Shown here piece by piece: positions 55,116 through 64,000 of a stretch of DNA of 64,000 bases (positions are counted from its first letter, which is position 1; each line of letters begins with the position of its first letter). The notes under the pieces are model-generated. The model was given only the letters and a program-made list of their open reading frames with translations. It searched no databases and was not told where the DNA came from. A program made the position numbers and the translations under genes. This DNA is from the human T2T-CHM13v2.0 reference genome, Homo sapiens, in the NCBI RefSeq assembly GCF_009914755.1, contig NC_060927.1. One strand, written 5' to 3'.

Positions 55116-56804
55116 AAATTTTCAAATCTGGGAAGGAAGCAGACACAGATAGTAACTAAGAAACTGCTAAAGTGGTGGGGCCCGGTAACACTACGGCTTC
55201 TTACCTATAGAGGTGAGACTCATGAAATTCCCCACCCTCAGTACAGATAGCACTGGGCCAAGATCATGGGACGCAGCTGAAGCCTTCGCGCTTGGTGGTC
55301 AGATGGCCCATGCTGTGCGTAGAGGAAAAGTACCAGTCATTACAACAAGGCCTCAGGAGACCTTATTCTCTCAAAGCCACTTCTTGCAATACTTGGACAT
55401 CCACGATCCTTTCTATTTTAAAGACTTCTGTCCATGCTAAAAGGTCCAGTTCCCCAGGAGCTGGGAAGGAGGTGAGGATTAAGCCATTGTGCTGGTTGTT
55501 TCCCCCTTGCCTGTGAACGCTTGGGGCAACCTCGGGCTCCTGCCTCTGCTAGCTTGACAGGCTGTGGGAATCACTGGGAGTGGGTGAGGGGGGTGCACTG
55601 CAAGTCAGTGCGCACAACCCTAGGTTCTCTTCCAGGATCAGCCCCAAGCAGACCTGAGGAAAGGCCTGGGACTTGGAGTCTGAGTAGCCTCTTGAGGTCA
55701 CCCCGTTTTGCTAAGTGCTCCATTGTTTATGTTCTTGTGTCATGAATAAGCAGAGGCCACAGATTTCAGTCCACAGATTTCAGGAGTGCCATCCATGCAG
55801 TTTTATTTGAATTCAACCTAATTTCCATCAGAAGTCTTCATTATCCTAGTAGGCAAGAACTTTCCATGAATTCAGTGTCTCTCTGCCTATTCCCAGGGTT
55901 TACCTGAGGCCAAAGAGAGAGGGGGTTATTTAATCATGTCATCATGCAGGCATTTCCTGAGTCACCCAGTCGCATCTGGTCTTCTGTCATCAGTCCAGGC
56001 ACAGGTCAGTGCTATGGCCTCCTCATTCCAAGGGAAGGTCACCTTCGAGTCAGTCGGCAGCTCCCTGGGCCTCACTCTGAAGAGCCTGCGGGAGCACGAA
56101 CACTTCCCCACTGAGTTGTCTGTCTGTGGCCTCTGGGAGGCTGTCTCCTTTCTGGCAGTAGCAGGGCTTAGAGCAGGGATGCTTTCACATTCTTCCCAGC
56201 AATAGGAGAGAAAGGACTGTGTGGAGCAGAATACTCCTCACTGCTCTGGTAGTTTCCAGAGTTAGACCCAAGGTAGGAAGGCAGATGCCTGCCCAGACAT
56301 CAGGGTGCATATCTTTCTGTCGGGGTCTACCAGCCCTTCGGCTTCCCTTTGATTCTCTTCCCTTTCCAGTCCAAATCATCTTTCCTGAGCAGCTCGTTCA
56401 GGAGGCTGGAGGTAGGGTGTGGAGAAGACAGGGTGCAGAGAGGACAAACTGGCCCAGGCAGTTCCCCTGTTTTTCTTCCTGCCCTGAGATTCCCCAGGCC
56501 TCAGCTTTTGAGAGTCAAAAATCCAGAATCTGCTTCTTTGTTCTCTGGATTCCTGTGTGTCCTCCCTTCCCTGAGGCCTTAAGCATGGAATGCTTTAGCT
56601 GAGGGAACAGAGAAGAGCCAGGGGGTGCCAGGAATCTTCAGAAAGAAGAACAACTGGGTTTCAGAGTTATTTCTCAGAGACAGCATGAGAGGCGCCGATT
56701 AACCTCCTTGTGTCTGGACCACAGTGCATTTGCTCATTCATTTACTCATCTAGCTTTTATTGAATGCTTACTGGGCACCAGCTATGCTTAGGGAATATGA
56801 GAGG

Positions 56805-57442
56805 TGTAGAGAAAACTTCCCCTTCACCCTCTGAAGGTTTGCTGAAAATCAACTGACAAAAGACCGATTAGTAGGAGAGAAGACATACAAAATTATTCGA
56901 ACGTACGTAACATGGGGAATCGTAGGAGAATGATTATCCAATAACCCAGTGGGGTACAGAAGCTTACATACTGTATATACATTTTTCACAGGGGACAGGG
57001 GAGATGGGGACCCACCCTGGAGGAGACGGGCAGACATTAGGGAAGGTGAGGGGCAGAGCTGCACAGGGACAAAGGTTGTCTTATTATGCAGATAATGTCC
57101 CGCAGGTAATCTCTTGAAGCTACTCTCAGAAGAACAGATGAAAAGTCTGTCTGGGCTGGTGATGACTCCCACTCTCTTCTCTGGTCATTGATCTTTCCTG
57201 GTTATTTGATGAGATTTCTAGGGCAGGGGTTTAAGACAATTGCATTTCTTTTGGAAAAAAGAAAAAAGAAAAAAAAGCTCTCTTGGTCAGATGAGGATAT
57301 TCCAAAGAGAGTCCCTCCCTGCACTTAGGATAAGAGGAGAAACAATACTAAGCTAGAGGAACGTTGATTCTGAGGCAGCTTCTAAGGTCTATCAGCATGT
57401 CAAAGCTCCAGTCTTTGGGATATCATTCTTTGAGTCCCAACA
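56805..57442 (-). mobile_element. ERV1-class solo LTR (MER39-like)
   Basis: TG...CA termini; the minus strand starts tgttgggactcaaagaatgatatcccaaa...tttgacatgctga. Confidence 0.72.
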
Positions 57443-58966
57443 GAATGTTGGTGGAATGGAGAAATGTGTAAATTGAGGGACACTGAGATCAGACAGCCTG
57501 GCTCTCCCCTGAGGCCTCTGTCTACCGAGGGGGCTTTTTTGGGTATTGGCCCTGCTGAGAAGGAGTTGGAGTTGACCTGCCAAATCAGATGGGAAAGTGC
57601 CAGCCCCACCTCACAGCCCACCCTCAGGAGACCTGACCAGCTAAGCCTGCTCACGAAACCTGGTGAGAGTCAAGGAGCAGTGGCTTAACAACAGAAGATG
57701 GCTTTTCCAGCCTCGCCATCTGCCTGATGAAGAGAAAAAATTGGTATTCTCCACTCCAGGGCTGACTCCCACATATTCTAAGGTCCTGAGATTCCAGGAA
57801 ATGAGAGGGAAAAAAGTGCGTGATTACTCCAGAGTGCCGTCCGCCCCTCCTTAATGTTTCCCTGTCTCCTTCTCCCTCCCCTCCCTCCTCATAATCACCT
57901 CATGTGCAGCTCTTCTGGGAGGATCTGCCTTGGGCCAGGTCTGCTGCAGCTGATCATATCTGCCACCCAGGTGTTTGACTTTGAAGTGGGTATCTCCCTG
58001 GCCAGAGGGAACCAAGCCCAGTGGCTTGCCTTGCCAGGCTGCCTTGCTGCATGAGCAGACCCGTAAGCGCATGGTCTTCCCTTGGCTGTTCCTGGTGTAG
58101 TCATCCTTTCCATGTACAATGAATTGGAGATTCCGGGAAAAGAAAGTGATGGTCTTGTTGACCCACCACCAAGGGGACAATTTTGCTGTGTCAGGCTATC
58201 CCCAGAATAATTACCAGTTTTTGTTTTAACCTTCCTGTCTTTGTCTTTTAAAGGCCAGGAAATGCAGCTTCCTAACTTGCATGGGCCACGTGGTCTTAAC
58301 GTTCTCAGTCTTTTCAAACTCGTTACCAACCTAGGATTTTGTGCACAGCCAAAAATACTTTCTCCCCCACTCCCTCTTCAACTGGTCTTAGGCTGTCATA
58401 AATTCCTGCTCATCCTACAGACCCTGCCTCTTTAGTGGAGAGCTCTTTAACTCTACCTCCAGATTAGGTAATTTGTTCTCAGAGTAATCTTAAGGTAATG
58501 GCCTAATCACCTAAGCAAATCAGTCATCATTACCTAGGGGAAGACAGAACCCATTTGAATATTTAGATGCATTAATTGGTGCAAATATTCTAGAGTGTTT
58601 AGGTAGCAAATGACTTACCTTGATACCTCCAGTTTGCATTTTATCTGACAGAAAAGAACACCGAGAGCACACTACATCTTACAGTTAGGGAAACCTCTTT
58701 GCCTTTGCTGTATAGGTTGAAAACAGGGGTGAAGGTAACTTCTTAGTAGGAGACTTGAGGCCCATAACTTTCTTCTATGACCCTTGCTCTTCTCCAATAT
58801 CAAGTTTGCAGGATGTTATTAGGATTAGCAATAAAGTTTTTTAAGCTTCTAGCAGACACCTGGCACATACTAGAGGGCTTCATAAATGGGATTAATTATG
58901 ATTATTACTACTGCTATGATTACTATGTGATATAATTCCTATGAATCAAGTTAGAAAATAATTTTC

Positions 58967-59247
58967 TTTTTTTTTTTTTAGAGACAGGGTTTCTGTCCCC
59001 CAGGCTGGAGTTCAGTGGCACAATCATAGCTCAATGCAGCCTCAAACTCCTGGGCTCAGGTGATCTTCCTACGGAACTTAGACTATAGGTGTACGCCACT
59101 GCACTCAGCTAATTTTTTAAAACTTTTTATAGAGATGGGGTCTCACTCTGTTGCTCAGGCTGGTCTTGAACTCCTGGCTTCAAGCAGTCATCCCATCTCA
59201 GCCTCCTAAAGTGCTGGGATTACAGGTGTGAGCCACCACACCCAACC
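58967..59247 (-). mobile_element. AluJ
   Basis: Reverse Alu with TSD aaaataatttt. Confidence 0.93.
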
Positions 59248-59990
59248 ATAAAATAATTTTCATCATGGAATAAGTCTTAGGTAATTCGGAGACATATCTG
59301 GTGAGCAGAGAAATATGTTTCATTAAATAATTTACTTGGAAGCCAAAGCATGTTCAAACTTATCAAACTAAAATGACAGAGCCTTGAGGTCTGGTGTGTG
59401 TGTTAGGGAGGGCCGGTGGGGAAGTGCTGTAACTGGCCAGATTCAGATACGACTGATGGGCCTTTGGCAAACTCAGGGGTTCCAGGCCCCACCCAGTCAG
59501 GAGGGTTAGAAACAAGATCACACCTCTCCATCCCTGGTGCCCATTGCTCCATGCCAGTCCGTCTGTCATCTCTCACCCGGTAGGATGAGCACGCATGACC
59601 CCTACACAGTCCCCCAGACACAAACCATGCATCCCAGCAACTTCCCCTGTAGATTTTTCCAAAGCACAAATCTATTTGTGTCTCACATCCTTCCCTCCCC
59701 TGCTGAGAACCTTTTCATTGCTCTCTGTTGCTCTTGGGACAGAGTCCAAACCACATGGATGGCAGAGGTAGATGTCTGGAGAGAGCAAACTCCCTGAGAA
59801 TAATTGATATCTCCATCCACATTGCATTCAACCACCCCGTGTGTGTTCACAAGTGCCTGCCTGTGCTGGTAGCTTCTCTAGGTACAGGGAATACAGCAGT
59901 AAACAAAGAGCCTCAACCTCTAGTTGGATGAGGATGAAACACAATAAATAATATAAAATGTCATTTAATGTCAAATATTGATAAATGCTA

Positions 59991-60227
<237 letters not shown>

Positions 60228-60621
60228 TTATTCCCTACAGCAGTAAGGGAGAATACAACCTTGATAGTCTTAGAAGTGTCTCAGAAAGAGGAAGCCAGGG
60301 TGGATATTTACAGCATTTTGGAGTCTGGGCAGGTCTTCCAATGTGGGGATCTGGTTGGGATTGGGACGTCTCCTGAGTAAAGCAATAGTTATTATCTTTC
60401 TGAGCACGAATTTTCTGGAACTAATAGCAAAGTCATGAAAGTCATGTTGATGGAGGTGGCCTTGGTCCCAGTCCTAACTGTTAAGCTGCAGGATACAAAC
60501 TGTCTCAATTCTCTCAGGGCTAAGTATGCAACAGAGATCACCCCAGGTCATTGCCTGGGGATGTTCTGTGTAACCCCCAGCCTAGAGTTGCCAGATTTAG
60601 TAAACCAAAAATATTTTATCT

Positions 60622-60926
<305 letters not shown>

Positions 60927-63609
60927 CTATTAGAGTGCTGTCAGTTTTTCAAATGAACTGTCTGTATATTGAGTCTCGTGTTCCACAAGGTACCAGTTGG
61001 GCCAAGCTGAGCTCTGCAGCTCCCTGGAGACTGCGGCACAGGGTGGTGTTCAGTTCACCACAGTTCCCTGTCAGCTCTGGAGGGAATTTGAGTTTGGGAG
61101 CTCCACAGGGGACTCAGGTCCCTCCAGGGAGCTGGGTGTGCTTGGGCAAGTTCTTTGCCATCTCCGTGCCCTGTAACATGAACCTGACAGTCAGAAGGTT
61201 TGCAGGCATCCCTCCAGCTCTGTGGACTGCCCACGTGGAGATTTTAGTGCTATTTTATATTAAATAAGTCATAAACATCCAACTCAGAGATGTTTGGCAA
61301 CTATATGTGGCTGTTCTATTATTATTGGTTTGGAAATGTTTAGAAACTTGACCCCCAATTTTGTTATGGTCTCTTTAGTAACTGTTATTAGGTGGTGACC
61401 TAATAAGAAATTATTAACTAGGGAGCTATAACTTGGAAGCTTATAATTTTTTAAAGGACATTGATTTGTGCAGCCCTGATTAAAATACAATGAAGCCCGA
61501 GGCTTAAATGTTTTCTTCTGAAAGGTTGAAAGGGTGGGAATTGACTCTAAAAATGTATTGGCTTGAAAACTTTATTGAAATAATATTATTTGAAGAACTT
61601 TGTGAGCATAAAATGATCTGACAAAAACAATTTGATGCTAGCTCCGGCAGCCTGGGAAAGCTGAGGGAATATAGGTTTCTTCAGATGAAGTCTGGAAAAA
61701 TGCTTCCAGATTACCTCAAGGGTGAAAAGAAAATTATTATTCCATTCCACAACCCTGCTAATTCTTTTCAACATCAATCCAGTCAAGTAATTAGAACCCA
61801 AATGGAGGAAACATTTATAATTGTCATTTACTCTACTTTACCAAAGGTGACAGTTCCGAGAAGCTCTGACAGGACAAAAAAAAAAAAAAAACCAAAGTGA
61901 TTATGAAAGAAATGTGTGGCCAAATGGATCAGGCCTTCCTACACTGGTTCCCAGAAGCCAGTCACAGGCAGCAGGTAGGGATGGTTACAGATTAAAATAG
62001 GCCTCCTCAGCAAAGAAAATCTTCTGCTGCGGCCTTGTCAATGGTGTGATAATGTGAGCTATTTCTCCTCCCTCTCTCTCACCACAGACATATATCATGG
62101 AGTGCTTTGTTATTTAAAAGCATGTATAAGAAAGATTACCAACCCCCCATACCACAGGGAATACTTCAGAAGTGAAATATGCAATCATTTAGGGGTTACA
62201 TTTAAAATACCTCCTCCCCTTTTATCATTATATTTCTTCACTTGCACTAGGCTAAAATATGAGGTGTTTCTGCTGCTGTGAGAATTTTTTTTTCTAATTT
62301 CTGAAATAATACCATAGCTTGGAGATTAATGTTCAGGCTTTACCAAGATTATAACAAATGCATATTGCTTTGATCTAAATATTTCTCCAAAGGTTGTTGC
62401 TGATCATTCTCCCTTGCCTATAATCTTCTAAGAAAGCTTTTGAATTTGCCAGCCTGATACCCAGGGGAACAAGAGTGCAGCTGCCTTCCCTTCCTTCCCC
62501 CTCATCTTCCCAAGGATACTCTGTTCTCAGTTTTGCCCAAATTAGTCCCAGGATTTCAGTTGTCTTTTTTGTCCAACATTCCATCATGCAATTCATTAAC
62601 ATCTTCACATGAAATATTTAACAGATGAGTTATGTCCTAATTCACATTGCAGTTTTAAATTGTTATTCATGTGGTAAGTCATTTATCTTGGACACCAACA
62701 GACCTCCGGAATGGGCTCACATTTGATGTAAAGAAGGTTGGAGTTATTTTCCTTGATGCTCCAGAACAGTGCCCTTTTTCCAAACCCTGGGTTAATCATG
62801 AAATATTCCCAAAAAATGACATTCAGATTCGTTGTTAGTTCTACTTGCAGTTAACTGTTTTGAAAACAAACAGAAGAAAACATTTAAACAAACGTGGCTT
62901 GGGTAATGGCTATTACAGTTGACCGTTAACTAAGGCAAGTTGGAATCCAAACATGCCAGGCCTTGTTACTATCACTGCTAGCAATCTTTGCCATGGTGCA
63001 CAAAGAAATAAAAATTCAGAGACTGTCAAAGTGGAGGTGAGACTGGATAAGAGATATTAACCAAGCCATGTAAAAATACCCAGTGCCCTGATTAAGAAAT
63101 ATGACCAGCAAGGAAGCTGATGATCTGGATGAGCATTTATCTGTACAATTTGGGTTTTGGGAAAAGTCACTCTACTCCTAAGAGATGAAATATATGGGAA
63201 ATCCTTAGCAGGTAATTTATTTATTATTAACTTATTGTAGTTGTATTCCCTCTAATAAAACTACAATTTTCTACTATATTCCTACCTATGGATTGGAATC
63301 TATTAGGAGAAAATCTTCTGTTTGTAGAACAAGCCAGTGCAAGTCAGCTCTTGGATCTGTTTCTCTGCCTGGACACCACAATGAAATGGTAATTGTCCAC
63401 ATTTGCAATTGTCCAGCAGTAGCCAGGTCATTGAGAAGTTTTGTGGGCAGGTGGCCTGATTGATGTGCACAGGAAGCTGATGGCACCAGTATCATGGACA
63501 GCAGTCTTCTTGGGTTCTGTACCCTGACCTGTCTAACCTTGTCCTGAGTATGCATGAATGATCACAATTCCAGAAGGGGTGGGTGACAGGACATCTTCTG
63601 TTTTCTTTT

Positions 63610-64000
63610 GCTTTTAACAGAGTGGTAGAAGCCGGGTAATTTGTAAAGAAAAGGAATTCACTTCTTAAAGCCTCTTCTCAGAGGCTGAGAAGTCCAAGTT
63701 CAAGGGGCCCCATGTGGTGAGGGACTTGCTGGTGGGGGCTCTGCAGAGTCCCAGGGAGGCACAGGGCATGGCATCGTGAGGGGACTGAGCGTGCTCACTC
63801 AGGTCTCTCTCCCTCTTCCTGTAAATCCACCAGTCCCACTCTCATGATAACTCATTAATCCATTAACCCATTAATCTATTAATAGATTAATCCATTCATG
63901 AGGACAGAGTCCTCGGGACCCAATCACCTCTTAAAAGTGCCACCTCTTAATACTGCTGCATTAGAGATCAAATTTTAACATGAGTTTCAGAGAGGACCAA
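63610..64000. mobile_element. MaLR LTR (MLT1A/MST-like)
   Basis: gggtaatttgtaaagaaaagg...gaggctgagaagtccaag...cccaatcacctcttaaaag...aacatgagttt. Confidence 0.85.

Noticed and set aside
55758-55783. 13-bp direct repeat cacagatttcag, and similar micro-duplications near 13687 and 18000
   Set aside because: Routine slippage duplications.

Overview
Human (primate) genomic DNA, recognisable as part of the CACNA2D3 locus (3p14). The + strand carries a single 81-nt coding exon of CACNA2D3 (1585-1665); the rest of the window is a very large intron. Nested antisense in that intron is the complete three-exon coding sequence of LRTM1 (29711-29705, 27011-26415, 20688-20255; 345 aa; signal peptide, LRRs, transmembrane helix). 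The remainder is ordinary mammalian repeat landscape (Alu, L1, L2, MIR, MaLR/ERV1 LTRs, hAT and Tigger MITEs, microsatellites) plus several repeat-poor blocks. Nearly all other ORFs in the track are spurious. I found no new coding system. The most unusual signals are footprints of local DNA copying: a 149-bp inverted templated duplication (8 mismatches, no gaps) that places an old L2 fragment inside a MER30 transposon, a template-switch hairpin in an Alu, a cluster of overlapping micro-inversions, a 38-bp retro-insertion with a perfect 16-bp TSD, and a 48-bp-period tandem duplication. There is also a homeodomain (OTX/CRX/PITX, LMX1) motif cluster at the LRTM1 5' end and a speculative in-frame alternative first exon for CACNA2D3. 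Repeat subfamily names are from recognition by eye, and boundaries of old repeats are approximate.
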